The notes beneath the pieces are model-generated. The model ran no database searches, was not told the origin of the DNA, and worked only from the letters and a program-made list of their open reading frames with translations. From NCBI RefSeq assembly GCF_009834535.1, contig NC_045697.1:70496001-70560000 (forward strand): DNA of 64,000 bases, given 5' to 3'. This document shows positions 37,690 through 51,270 of the stretch, in pieces (the first letter of the stretch is position 1; every line of letters starts with the position of its first letter). The stretch comes from Camelus ferus. Lineage: Eukaryota. The translations under genes and the position numbers were made by a program.

Positions 37690-39380
37690 AGCTGTCTGAG
37701 GAAAATTGAGATCATCAGAAGAGAACTTTCTCAGATTCCCACTCCCCATCTGTACCATATAATCTTCCTTCCCACCTCTTTCACTGATGAACTACTGTGC
37801 CTCAATTACAACCAGTCTCTCCACTTTTCACTGGATCCCACCAGCTCTCTACCAAAGTACTTCATTCCAGCAATTCTTTCTTCTGTCTCTGATCAAGTTT
37901 TCACTCTCTCCTGACTCCTAGCAGCAATCGCACTGCTATTGCCCCCATCTTTAAAAATAATCTTCCCTTGTCTCCACTTCCTCTTTTAGCTCCTGTCCCT
38001 TTGTAGCAAACATTTTAAGTTCCTCCTTTCCTATTCTTTTATTAACCCACACTAATTTGACTTTGTCCCGGACCATACCACTGAAACCGCTCTTGCCAAG
38101 TCCTTACTGCCTCCAGTGGTAAAGCCCATGACGGAGTCTCAGTTCTCATCTTAGCCTATCAGCAGCAGTTGATACAGCTGATCATGCCCATCTCTCTGAA
38201 ACACTTTCTTCCTTTGGCTTCGGAGGCACCACACCCTCCTGGTGGTTTTTCTAACAGGCTAGACTCTCCTTTTCTGCTTTGTTGCTTCTTTCTCTTGTCC
38301 TCGACCTTCCACAGTCAGAGAGCCCCAGAGTTCAATCTTGACCCTCTTCTGTGCCTCCACTCACTTCCTGGGTGTAATTCAGTCTCATGGCTTCTACCTT
38401 CCAAAGACTTCCACATTTCTATGTGGAGTCCAGCTCTCCTTTATTTAACTCTCAACTTGAAATCTCCATTTGAAGGTCACTGACATCTCCACCTTTACAC
38501 AGCCAAAGACTGAACTCTTTTGATCTTCCTCCTAAAAGCTATATTGTTCCCCAACTAATTCAGTCAGTGGTAGCTTCATCCTTCATGCTGCTCAGGCTGA
38601 AAACCCTAAGTAGTCTCACCTCCTCTTTTTTGTTCGTATCTCACATCTAACATTCACGACGTCTTATTTGCTCTACCTTCTCACAACCTACATGGCCACT
38701 ATGCTGGTGTGACCGAATCAGTCCAGCTCATGTGGATTACTGCAGTACCCTTCTCGTAGGCATCTCAACTCCCATCTTTTCCCTCTGGAATCTACCCTTC
38801 ATGCAGCAGCTATAGAAATCCTTTAGAAATGTAAATCAGATCAGGTTTCTCCTCTGCTCAAAACCCTCCGACGGATTCCCATCTTAATTAGAATAAAAAC
38901 TGAAGTCCTTACCCGGCACCATTACTCTCTGAGCTTATTTCCTGCTACACTTCCTTGTCTTACTCCCTTATAGACATAGAGTCCTTAGGGTTTTTGTACT
39001 GAAACACTGTTCTCCCATATAGCCGTGTGGCTAACTCCTTCACTCCTTCAAGATCTATTCAAATGTCACCTTCCCAATGAGGCCTGCCCTGACAACACCA
39101 CTTAAAATTGCAGCCACTTCCCTCTTATTCTCAGCTCATTGAATCCCTTTACACTGTTCTGTTCATTCTTTTTTTTCCATAGTATTTATCAGCTTTCAAA
39201 GTACCATTTCATTTACTCATTTATGATATCTATTGGTTATTGTCTGTCACTTTCTAGAATTTTAGCCCCACACAGGACATAGATTTTTATCTGTTTTGTT
39301 CACTGATGTTTAAAATGCTTAGAAAAGTTGCTGGGTATATAGTAGATGATCGATAAATGTTAAATAAATGAATGCATAAA
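37690..39380 (+). mobile_element. Long L2 (L2a-like), ORF2 3' part plus 3'UTR
   Basis: ccactgaaaccgctcttgccaag...cagcagttgatacagctgatca...aaatgtaaatcagatca...ctgctcaaaaccctcc...caaatgtcacct...aataaatgaatg. Confidence 0.88.
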
Positions 39381-39389
39381 TAATTTCTT

Positions 39390-40400
39390 TTATCATGCCA
39401 AAGAACTACCATGAGGCCAGAAACTGGGAGAATTAAGAAGGGGAGGAAGAAAGTAGAAAAACAGGATGAGGACCGTGGGCAAACCTAGGATGTCAGGCTT
39501 GGTCTTGTGCTGAGGAAGTGGGTTTGACAGATGTAAATTACCATGCAGTGCTGAAAACTTAGTTTCTTCACAATTCTGCACAGGATGGGCTTCCAGAATC
39601 TCTCCTACTTTGACTTTCCCTTTTGCATATATTTTATTTTGTTTGTTGGAATCCCTTTTTAAAATGTGGTGTCCACAATGAAACACAATATTCCAGATGC
39701 ACTCAGAACAGCATCCCTTTGTCTGAATCTACATGTTCAGCAATGTAGACAAAGCAATCATTGACCTCTCAGGGTTAAATGGCGCATGACTCAGAATAAG
39801 CCTGCTGTCAGCCCAAACCACAAGTTATTTCTGCTTATTTTTCTCATATAGATCACACTTAAACAAAATCTTTTCAACTCTATTCTTTTAACCTATGTGT
39901 GTGACTTTTATATTTTTTCTGTTAAATTTCTCTTTTCATTATTCTGACTGGTCAGGATCACAATTCAGCATTTTAGTAAATGCTCACAATTTTTCATTTT
40001 TCAGAAATCTGACAATTATAAGATTGTTAAGGTATTGATAAAATGTCCTGGACAGGGTCCTTGACAAACCCTATTCCAAACTATTACAAATCTTTATTTC
40101 CACAATAACAGGATCTATTTAATACTCAGGATATATAGGTTTAAGCCAGCTATTTCTTAGTCTTATCTGCAAAATTGTTACTGAAAAAAATTTCAAATGC
40201 TTTGCTGAAATTCAAATGTACTATGCCTATAGGATTCTGCTGATTTTCCAGTCTAGCATTTTGATCAAAGGAGAAAATGAGGCCAGTTTGGCATAGTTTC
40301 ATTAGATAAATCCTTCTTGGCTCCTGGGGAGCCTTTTTATGTGAACTTACAAACCATCTTTTATTAATTTTGTGTTGAAGTCAGGCTTACTATCTCCAAT
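39390..40400 (-). mobile_element. CR1/L3 LINE ORF2 fragment
   Basis: Minus strand at ~40191-40230 reads IGIVHLNFSKAFE, matching the CR1 RT motif (V/I)xxxYLDFSKAFD; tgtccacaatgaaacacaatattccagatg is also CR1-like. Confidence 0.75.
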
Positions 40401-41060
40401 GTGAAGATTTGATCTCCATCAGAGTGACATCTTACCTCTGTTTATTTTGTGACTTCTATTTGGAAGGAACCATTCATATACTCCTTCTGGATGAGTGGTC
40501 CTTGTCATTTAAATTTTAATATATTATTTTCTATAAACACATGTATGAAATCTTATCATACAGATTTTAGTGTCATCTTTCTTTTCCCATTTCGCTCGGC
40601 TGTCTTCTCTCCTTACCCCTTTTCTTCCACTCACACTGTCCATTCACTCCTGCTCCAGATACTCTGTATTAATACCTAATGTACCTATCACATATTTCCG
40701 TATATTTTGCACACTCATATAATCACAGATGACTTCTTTTTGAACTGTTAGGTAGCCTGTTTCAAAGAGAATCAGTTTACTTATCCTTCCCTGAGAGATA
40801 ATATTACCCAGAAAACTGTCCTTGAAGCATCTCTTTTATACTTTGAGACCCCAGCCTAAAAGTAATAGCATCATTCATTTGTCCTTTCCCTCAGTAGGAG
40901 TCACTGAGCTCCTCCCGTGTTTCAGGCACTGTGCTAGGTTGTACAGTGATTTGAAGCCTTGCCAAGGTATTGTGTTTAATCTACCTCTCTATCTTTTCTT
41001 TTGCCTCTGAGGACAAAAAAACAAAAACAAAACCAACAACTCTCCTGCTTAGAAGGCTTC

Positions 41061-41250
41061 TGCTATGAACCAAATGTTTGTGTCCTCCCAAAATTCACAT
41101 GTTGAAACCCTAACCCCCCAATATGCCTATCTATGGAGAAAGGGCCTCTAAAGAAGTAATTAAAGTTAAATGAGGTCATAAGGGTGGGACCCTAATCTGA
41201 TAGGATTAGTGTCCTTATAAGAAGAGATACCAGAGAGCTTTCCCCAGAGG
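41061..41250 (+). mobile_element. MaLR LTR 5' part (MLT1A/B-like)
   Basis: tgctatg...tgtcctcccaaaattcacatgttgaaaccctaaccccca...gtccttataagaagaga. Confidence 0.85.
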
Positions 41251-41529
41251 GAGGTAGTCTTCGGGCCGAGAGTCATAGATTTATACCGCAGATTTGTGGG
41301 TATAGTGGGGAGGGGTGAACAGGAGTATACTCTGTGGTATACAGGGAAAATATCTTGATTTAATATCATCAATAAAATTATAATTGTTCATTATATGAAT
41401 ATTGTTACCTGTGTGTCCCACTTTCTTTCAAGGCTCGAACATGCAGATTTCTGCTGTAATATTCAGCAGGATTAAATATTAGCATATTACAAGCAAAACT
41501 GTGTTCTCCCTTCCCCGTTGGCCCCCATC

Positions 41530-41866
41530 ACCTTGGAATGTGTCTGTAGTTGGAGACAGGGCCTTTAAAGATGTAATTAAGTTAAAGTTGGGTCATTGGA
41601 GTGAGCCCTAATCCAATCTGACCAGTGTCCTTACAGGAAGAGGAGATACAAGAAGAGACACCAGGGATATGCAGACAGAGCGAGTGAGGAGGACACCAGG
41701 AGAAGGCTGTCCTCCTCAAGCCAGGGAGAGAAGCCTCAGGGAAACCAAGCCTGCAGATGCCTTGATCTTGGACTGCTAGTCTCCACCATTGTGAGAAAAT
41801 AAATTTCAGTTGTTTAAGCCATTTACGCTGTGGTCCTGTGTTGCGCCAGCCCGAGCAGACTAACAC
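41530..41866 (+). mobile_element. MaLR LTR (MLT1B-like), 5'-truncated
   Basis: gggcctttaaag...ccttgatcttggact...gagaaaataaatttcagttgtttaagcca...cagactaacaca. Confidence 0.88.
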
Positions 41867-43373
41867 AGGCATGATAAAACAACTGTGCTTGCTTTCTTTT
41901 TCTAACCCTCCCCTCTCCTAATGTTTGCAGGTACTGCAGCTACCTTGTGCTTTGTAGGGAATTTGTCCTGGTCTGCTCTCACGTACTCCGAGCACAGTCT
42001 CATTTCTGTGAACATTAAGTCCTGGCAAATTTATGTGACGAACACCATATTCTCCTCTGCTAACCAAAAATAGGTTGTCATGGGGTTAACCAGTAATTTT
42101 TAAAAACATCTAGAGTACAACATTCTGTCTATTAAAAATCTGTTCTAAAATAGTGCATAACATTGCATAGGACACACTCTGAAAACACTTTTCATTTATT
42201 ATCATTTATTGTTCTATTTACTTGAATTTTCCTTCCAAGTTCTGCCTGTAACATTCCCCATCTCCTTTTTATAGAGACAGAATTGTAGTGTGCCCATCCA
42301 GATGGTGGGAGGGTGGTAGAAACAGACCCTAGAATGAACTCTTGACTCTTAAACCCACACTCAGTCTTCAAGGCCAAGGCGACTCAGAATAGCAAGCAGA
42401 AAGATGAAGCCAGGGTCCAGGATCAGGCCATGTGTCTTTTAAAACAAACAAATAAATAAATAAAAAGATAGAGATGGGAAATAGCTGGAGTGACTCAGAA
42501 CCTACTCTCTGGAGCCCAAATCTCCTTGGGGTTCCATAGCTAAATTCCCACACTTAGTGTGTTGTTTTGATCCAACTTCTAATCAGTTCCCTGCCTTACC
42601 ATGGAGCCTTTGCCCCACAGCTGGGGCTCATTTGGTTGAAATTGTCATCTATAAATTGCTGTCAGCAAGGATCTTTAGGAGCTAATTGGTAAAAGTAACC
42701 TAAAAAGGGAACCCCAGAAGGGAACCAGAAAGACTCTGAATTTTCATCGTTTCTCTTCCCCTAAGAATTTGTGCTACCCTTTGCCAAGCTTTGAAGCTTG
42801 AGTAATCACTTTTATTTAAAAGCTGAAAACCACCTTAGATGAAATGCCATCAAACTAAAGTTCTGTTTCTCAGTGTTGTAGTGGAGGAGGACGGAGCGGA
42901 TAGTGTTCGTGATTCAAAGTCCCACTTGGACACACTTCAAAGAGGGGCTCCAGGCAGAGCTGCTAAAAGCTCTGCCAGCATCAGGACATACAGATTTCCA
43001 GTCACTGGGGCCTGAGCTCAGTTCCTGCATCTGAGGGGGGTCATAATTGCTGTCCTTTTAATCTTCTTTGCAGCTTGTCAAATGGAGGCCACTTCACAGC
43101 AGGACACAGGTTCAAAATAATAAGAGCAAAATTTGTAGTGACTAGATTTTCCTTAAAAAAAGAAAAAAAACAAAGCTTTGCAGTGGTACTGAGACTTAAC
43201 AAAAGTGCAGGAATTTAAATTGGAATAAAGTTGTCCAAGAACAACTCAGATGATGGAAAAGCAATTCTGGCCTTTAAGAATTGATGGCGAAACAGGTATA
43301 ATGGATGTGAATGTCAGTTCACAAGCTAAGGTGTACAAAAGTATAACTTTCAATTTTTATATAGCAACTAATT

Positions 43374-43601
43374 ATTTTTTAAAAACTTTTGTTGAAGTGT
43401 AGTTGATTTGCAATGCTGGTTTCAGGTTACAGCAAAGTGATTCAGTTATATATATACATACATACATATTTTTTTCTTTTCAGATTCTTTTCCATGATAT
43501 ATTATTATAAGAAATTGAATACAGTTCCCTGTGCTATATAGTACTTGTTGTTTATCTGTTATATACATAGTAATGTGTATCTGTTAATCCCAAATTCCTA
43601 A
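43374..43601 (-). mobile_element. L1 3' tail
   Basis: Antisense of the tail type seen at 26515-26810; perfect 17-bp TSD ttatatagcaactaatt at 43357-43373 and 43602-43618. Confidence 0.92.
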
Positions 43602-44599
43602 TTATATAGCAACTAATTTTTATCTCTAGATTCCACTCCATGAAGGTCATGTAACTTGATCTCAGTTTATTCAAGGTCTTCAATGTCCTGATGGCTGCTC
43701 ACAGTGACCTGTATACATGACTCAAATAGAAATTTTGAGGTATCCATTATCCTGTTGGGATGAGGTCATTTGCTTGTATGACTTGCTGTCTTAATGCCTT
43801 TGGTGCCAAAGCCATTGGCTCCAGCAGTTCTGTTTACTCTTTCCACGTAGAGTCTGAAACACAAGAATCATCAGGTCACTTGATGTGACATACAAGGCCC
43901 TCCATGTGTCTAGATCAGCCATTTGGCCAGTATATCCCCAGGATCTTGCCACCTCCTTGGGGCTTTACAAGGAGAGTGTTGGTTCTTCTGCCTTTGAAGT
44001 TTCCATATTGCCCCTGGGTTTGGCCATCTTTCAGGGATGGAGCAGGTACTTCCTCTAGACTCACCAATGTTTGTTCCTTCATCATTTTGTCACCAACTCT
44101 CTTTCTCTTCCCCTGGCTGGCAGGTATTTCCTACTTTTGAGGTAGAGGCAGGTAAGGGCACTGTAAGAAACTCTGCCTTCCTCAACCCCATGCATAGGGA
44201 AGCCCAACATTCCTCATGTCTCTTGCTCTCAAACATTTGTCTATGTCAACTGTCCTCTCTGCACCTGGAAACTTTGTCTTCAGAAACAGTATCTAGGAAG
44301 ATATTTATTGTCCTTTGCTTGTTTTGTTATGATATATCCTCCCTCTAAGGCAAGGAGTGCAGGCTTTGTGGAGATTGGGATGAGGGTCAGGGGGGTAAGA
44401 AGCAGAGGAGAGATAATGAGGACATTTTTAGGGGAAAATAGTATTAGTTGATATTTCAAAAATGTGATTGTACCTTAGTAGCTTCCTGTTGTAATCTCAG
44501 AGTTAATAGGAGGCAGCCTTGGGATAATTCCCTGCAGCTACATCTCTTCTTCTACTTGTAATTTGAGACTTTCCTTATCTGTTCTCTGCCCCAGCCTCT

Positions 44600-44965
44600 G
44601 AACTTATCCACCCCATTCTTACATGCTAGTCATCTTAAACAGTTCTTTGGCTGGACAACTCTTACCCAAAAGCCTCAGGCTCTAAGATTTCTTCTTCCCA
44701 CACACGGGCATTCCCTCCCATTCCTGAAGTCCTTCCTAATCAGTCCCCAGAGGAGGAGGCTCTCCCTGATACTCATTCTTTTGTGCCCTAGAGTTCTTCT
44801 TTCACAGCCATGTCACAACAGTGATTATTTAATCGTTTTTTCATCCACTAAATATTCACCTTCCCCACTGTGAAGATAGGACCCATTTTTCTCTCATTCA
44901 CTGCTGTGCCTATAGCATTTGGCATATAGCAAGTATGTCACAAATATTTATTAGGTAATGAATTA
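44600..44965 (+). mobile_element. L2 3' fragment
   Basis: tgtgaagataggaccc...ttcactgctgtgcc...tttggcatatag...aaatatttatt...aatgaatt. Confidence 0.6.
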
Positions 44966-46379
44966 ATGACTGATAAACCAGCTAGACATTGAGGGGAAAG
45001 GAAAAGAAGCCCAAACTGGAGTTCCTGCTACTCCAGGCACTTTCACCGAAACCTTATCTGTATCCTCAAGTGAGTCCTTTGGAAGAAAGCTTCATTATCC
45101 CTGTTTTGTCATCAGGATTCTGAGAGTCCAAGAGCTGAGTTGAGGGAGTTGAGGGAGATTGTTTCCAAGGTTATTCAGTTAATAAAAGGCAAATGTGTTT
45201 CAATTCCCTACTTAATGTGTGTTCTCCTTAGCATTTGGCTTGTCTTTGAAAGTAACTTCATAACTTTTATGATTAATTGATATCTTGTCAAGTAATATTT
45301 TCTTTTCTGAATACAATGAATCTCTAGTCAGGTGAATACTTGCTAAAAAGAACTTTTGGCAAATTATGGTGCCAGAGTCAACTGGAAATCCTTCCCTAGG
45401 TAGTTAATCATACTCTAGAGATGTACCTGTGTTCTGCCCACTTTCTTCCTTTCTCCTAAATACTAGACCTGTTCCATTTAAAATACTGTATTCATTCCAT
45501 TTTGGGGGTCTTGTTATCAAAACGTGAGTGTGGGATGAGTATGAACAGAACATATACTCTATGCAAAACAAAAACAAAGCAGAATAAAAACTTCTTTAAA
45601 AAGAACGTATTTCTATTATAGTCACTTATATAGTCAAATGTAAGAAACATGTGACAATGTAAGTAATTACTATAAGAGAAATGTGATGGATTTTGTGACA
45701 AAAAAAATGCATTGGGGGCAGGGTGTGATTGGCTAAGGGGACTGGAAGGATTCTTAGGGGAGAGAGGAGATTTGGACAGGGCCTTGAATGAAGTATAACA
45801 TTTCTGCAGGCAGATAAAAGGTGATTGCGGGGATAATGGGCACTCCAAGAAAACCTAGTGGTTTATTCTGGCTCCAGATCTCCAATTTAGATGACTTCTG
45901 AGAAGCACGGGCAGACTTAGGGTCAACTTACAAGTTGGAATATAACGCATGGGGTTTGAGTTACTTTGAGGTTTGAGTGTGTCATGGCCAGCTTAGGTGT
46001 ACCTCAAACAGAGCCAGAACTCTAGATTAGTTTCAGAGCTCTCTTGATCTCCTGGAAGTGCTCCTGACCACAAGACTAGTCTCTGGGTCAGAGAAGATGA
46101 GGAGATCAGGGAGCCCTCCCCAACAAACCTCCCACCCACTCCAGATGGAGGTAATAATTGCCCCCATCCCAGCAACCTCTGCAACTCTTGCTTGCCTCTG
46201 TCCTTGGAGTCATCCCTTTGCTCACTTTGTTTACAGGGTCATATTTCCTTCATGCTCTGGCTTCCTTGAAAGCAAGGCTCTGTTTTATTCTCAGTTACCC
46301 ACTGGTGTCTTCAGCATCTCGTATTTTCCTAGAACCTAGTCTAGGAGGGACTCAGTTAATTGAGTGGAAATGAAGAGAC

Positions 46380-47040
46380 ACCACTGCCAACCCAACTCCC
46401 TCCTGATCTGTTTTTATAGCAGTTATTAGCTTGTTCTCTGTATCTGTGAGTCTGCTTCTTTTATGTTATATTCTCCAGTTTATTGTATTTTTTAGATCCA
46501 ACATATAAGTGGTATCATACAGTATTTATCTTTCTCTGTCTGACTTATTTCACTTAGCATAATGCCCTCCAAGTCTATCATGTTGCTGCAAATGGCAACG
46601 TTTTATTCATTTTTATGGCTGAGTAATATTTCATTGTGTGTGTTTGTGTGTGTGTGTGTGTGTGTGTATCTCACATCTTCTTTATCCAGTCATCAGTTGA
46701 TGGACACTTAGGTTGTTTCCGTACGTTGGCAATTGTAAATAATGCTGCTATGAACATTGGGGTGCATGTATCTTTTTGAATTAGTGTTCTTGTTATTTTC
46801 AAATATATACCCATGAGTGGAATTATTGGGGCATATGGTGGGTCTATTTTTAGTTTTTGGAGAAACCTCCATAGTTTTTTCCACAGTGGCTGAACCAAAT
46901 TACATTCCTACCAACAGTGTACAAGAGTTTCATTTTCTCCACATCCATGCCAACATTTGTTATTTGTAGACTTTTTGATGATAGCAATTCTGACAGGTGT
47001 GAGGTGGTATCTCATTGTGGTTTTGATTCGCATTTCTCTA
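46380..47040 (-). mobile_element. L1 ORF2 C-terminus and 3'UTR, with (TG)n
   Basis: Minus [21 protein letters not shown]...TCTPMFIAALFTIA...QPKCPSTDDWIKKM. Confidence 0.93.
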
Positions 47041-47444
47041 AGTTAGATTTTCTTATATTACTATTAGACATATGAAAGAATGGAGACTGTGTGATTAACT
47101 GATCAAGACTGCAGAGTTAATAAGTACATATTTCTGAACTTTGTATTCCATTTTTTTTTTTTTTTGGAGCAAATATTATGCTCTGCCTTGTAGAGTTAGT
47201 TTCACACCTATGCTTAGAAGGAGGATCTGAAGTTCTGAAGAAGACTTTGATGGTACCCACAAAATTCCCAAATTACATTTATCTCACCCACCACTTGCCA
47301 TGAATTCAGAAATGTCCTTCTTTAAAATTTCATTGTTTGTTAGGACACAATTTTCAGAAGATTACTTTTAAATTTCATGTTTTCTGACAGTGATTACTTG
47401 ATAATAGAGCTTACATGATGTGGGTCAGTTATTTTTTGAGCAAT

Positions 47445-47640
47445 AATAATAATAATAAACACTTGATTAGTGCTTTATAAGTGCTTTATCTATTTTATTT
47501 TAATTGATCCTCACAACAACCTAATGAGACAGATACTTTTGTACTCATTTTATAGATGAGGAAACTGAGGCAGCTGCAGATTAAGTAACTTCATAAAAAT
47601 GACAAGAGTTAGTAACTGGCAGAGCCAGTATCCCAATCCA
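47445..47640 (-). mobile_element. MIR
   Basis: atcctcacaacaacctaatgag...cattttatagatgaggaaactgaggc. Confidence 0.88.
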
Positions 47641-47649
47641 GTAGCCACC

Positions 47650-48720
47650 CAAAGTCATCAAACATTTATTAAGGGTCTGTGCCCCCTACTGCCATGTGCT
47701 GGGAGATACAGCAATGCATGAATCAGAAGAGTCTCTGTCTTCACGGAGATTTTATTCTAGAAGAGGTTGGCAGGACATATACCAATAAATACGTATTATA
47801 AGTTGGACAATGAGAAAAGCAATAAAGCAAACAACTAGGGTAATGTAATGAAGTCTGACTAGGTCGAGGGAGGTGTGTGGCTACTTTAGATAATATAACA
47901 GGGAAGTCAGTGACAGTTGAAGTAAGACATATGAGAAGGCACTGCCCATCAAAAGTTCTATGGGGACTCCTGGACATGACATGATGCTCTGTCCCCTTTC
48001 CCCATGCTTTGACCTATGAGTCTCTTCCATCTTGCTCTTCCTGAGTTAGAACCTTTTATAACAAACTGGTAAGTTTACAAAAAAATTATGGGCAGGGAAT
48101 GGGGAAGAGCTTGTTCCTTGTGATTGGAGCTTGGGGAAGAGTTCAAAGGGAGAGAGAAGAAGCGAGGCCAAGCTTTATATGTGAGTGTTTGAATTTATTC
48201 TAAGTGCAGTGGGGAAAATCTTCCATGGAGGAGTCAGGGAGTTATGTTTTATAAACATCACTCTATTTTAATAAGGATGATCTGTAGTTGCTGTAGAAGT
48301 AGGGAAAACAGTCTGGAGGCCATAGGCAGAGCTGGCTCAGGGGTGGCGGTTGCTGGAACTAAGATGGTGACTGGGCACGTGGGGAGAAGGGAGTGGGGGG
48401 GAAGTATTTTGGATGTTGAGCCTACAGCTTTTATTGGTGGCTTGGATGTGGAAAGTTGGAAAGAAAGGAAACCAGGGTGACTCCTGCATTTTTACTCACT
48501 ATTTGAATGCTTGTGTCATTTTACTGAGATGGGGAAGGACTGGGGCAGGAACCAGTCTTGAGAAATGAGATGAAATTCAAGAAGTTTTGTTTAAACTGTG
48601 ATTTTGAATTCCTTCTAAATATCCAGCTGGAGTCTTACGGAGGCAATTGTATTTGGAGTCAGGCGCTCGGGGTCGTCCATGTTAAACAGAAGTCTCTAGA
48701 CCATGAGATTTGATAACATC
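47650..48720 (-). mobile_element. L2, with a possible LTR fragment at ~47945-48080
   Basis: caaacatttatt...gtgctgggagatacagcaatg...ttttattctaagtgcagtggg...tttactgagatgggga...atccagctggag. Confidence 0.75.
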
Positions 48721-50359
48721 ACAATAGAACTTTCAGGGTTTCAACATTTCTGCTCCAGAGGAGAATCCACTTCTTCAAAAATATCCCTTGACATTCAAAG
48801 TTTCTATTTTTATCAAAACGAATGGACCATAATTCCCACCACCACCTCAGGGTGGCAGTCGTGTTAATCAGGAAGAACACAGGAAGCAAGCTGTGCGCAG
48901 TTGGGAGTTTAAAATGTGCAGATGTGTGCGCATGCGCTATAGTCAGACTTATATCATTCCTGGGAAAAAGAGGCATCAGCATTCTTGTATATTGGAAGCC
49001 AACAAAACCTATTAATAATAAGAATACTTAAGGTATTGTTTTTAAAATCTGAACTTTGAGCAAATATAGCGACTATGTCTAGTAATACGGATACACAAAT
49101 GCACCTCCTTCCGTAGCAGAGTGGTGTAGGACCGGAACAGACGGCCTTGGTGGGAGCATTAACAGGATGTGACAATACAAGTGAGGACAAATTTAGAGCA
49201 AATTAGAACAGAAACCATTCTCTTTGCTATATCTAGCAAAGAATTTTCACCAAATTGCGGTGAGGAGGAATTAGAAATTTACATTGGAACCCTACCCCCA
49301 CCCCATTATAGCCTTTGTAATTTTTTAATGCATTTATGCCAAAGTTAACTGCATAATAAAACATGCATCTAGTTCTGCTTCTGGTTCAATCTTTTTAGAC
49401 TAAGCCATTTTGATTTTCTTACTCACTAGGTCCGGGATAAAGAAACTCTCCAGATTTTATTAGTGCCCTGCTGGCTATTATAGTTAAGATTCTGATGTCT
49501 CCAGGGTGGGCAGAACTAGTTGGTGGGACCTCTCAGGTGATGCTGTCTTAGCCTAATTCCTTCCTGGATATGCTACAAGTTTTAATGAACACTTTAAAAC
49601 ATGAACTCAGATAAACTGGTTGTATTTCCGTGTTAGCAGAGAACAGTCCTAATAAGCACATGGGACCTAACCTAGGCGGATTTTGCACTGGGAAGAGAGG
49701 ATGTGCAAAGATACGGAGCAATCAGCACTTCTAAAGAAAAATGGGCTCACGTGGGCTGTCTCAGCTACTGGGAGAGGAGATTTGCACCTCTGCCTCTTGA
49801 CTGGAATCCATCTATCCTTTGTAATCAGAGAACCCAACTATGCTCCCTTTAGACCTTGCCCAAGTCACTAAAATGCTCAGGAAGTCAAGCAGAAATATTC
49901 ATCCTTGTCAGTTAATGTTTACGGCTCACTCACTGTATGCTGGCCATTTTACTGACGAGGCAACTTGCTATGAACCATGCTCCCAGGATGTTGAGGATTA
50001 TCAGAGCAAAACAGAGGATTTGGCAAATTTGGCCCCCAGTGGCCTGGATATTCTTCTACATTTTCCAGTATGTGGAGAACTGCTGGGACAATGACTAAGC
50101 CAGAAGCTCATTTTCCATAGAGTTCTACTTGGTTTCTGTTAGTTTATAGCACAAATCATGCTCTGTAGTTACTGGCTTATTTATATGCCTATAAACAATC
50201 ATGAGAAAATGTATCATAAAGCTCATTCGACAAAGGAACAAAGCTGGAACCCATGTCAGGCCTTATAAAATGCATTCATGAAAGCACGTGGAGATATATA
50301 TATACAGAGCATGTTTGAATATTAACGAGAAATAGACTCAAATTATACAAAGAGATAGC

Positions 50360-50720
50360 AAGGATTAATAGCACATAAAAGCTAAAGGAACCTTACAGAT
50401 GAGATAGTCAGATGTTTCTCAAATGGTTTTTAAACTGTAGGACATTTTCTTCAATGGAAAGTTTATGCAGAATATACAGAGTAAAGCTTTCCTGCCTAAG
50501 AGTGTGGGTGAGGGCTCTGCCTTCTTAACCTCCCCAGAGGCACTTCCGGGGAACTGGGGAGGCTCAGCTGGATCATTCTGCAAATCTAGCTGCCAGGCGT
50601 TAGGAAACCATGGCCCAGAGGAGCCCCAGTGTGATTAGCCCAAGGTCACGTTGGAAATACCGTAAGTAATGACAGCTAGAATTGGTTCTACTGACTCCAG
50701 CTCCAATGAATCACATACTA
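50360..50720 (-). mobile_element. MIR with a probable hAT MITE insert (~50409-50575)
   Basis: ggaaaccatggcccagagg...gcccaaggtcac; insert begins cagatgtttctcaaatgg. Confidence 0.5.
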
Positions 50721-51092
50721 GGAATCAGGTTTTCCCACTCAAAAATTATGTGGAATCAGTGAAGAAAGGACCATATGCTTATTGCTATTACTTTTCTTTA
50801 GATCTTTCTCATTTTCCAAAAGGAATTGAATGGCTAGAAGGAAACACAGGCTTTTATAACTTGGCTTTTTCTATCTGGTAGTCCGGGAAAGTCCAGCTTA
50901 TTTAGCTAAGAACTCGAGTTCTTCCAGTCTGTTCCTAGGTTGTCTCTTCAGCCCTATTAACACCCCCGCAATCCGCCCACATGACGCAGCAGCTTGTCAG
51001 CGTCCTGTGCGGGCCTCTTCCCTCTCCCGGGACCCACGTCTTGGCTGGTGCTGACTTGTTTATTCCAGGTGCCCTCCTCCTGTGTCTCTCTC

Positions 51093-51270
51093 TTTTTTTT
51101 AAGTAAAATTATCGTTTTTTGCCCCTTAAATTGAAGTATAGTTGCTGTACAATACTATATTAAGTTGCAGGAGTACGATATAGCAATTCACAATTATTAA
51201 AGGTTATACTCCATTTATAGTTATTATAAAATATTCGCTGTATTCCCCATGTTGTACAATATATCCTTAA
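51093..51270 (-). mobile_element. L1 3' tail
   Basis: ttgaagtatagttg...ttatagttattataaaatatt...tgttgtacaatatatcc. Confidence 0.8.

Noticed and set aside
41890..41936. Strong acceptor followed directly by GT (possible recursive splice site)
   Set aside because: gtactg is a poor donor; no other support.
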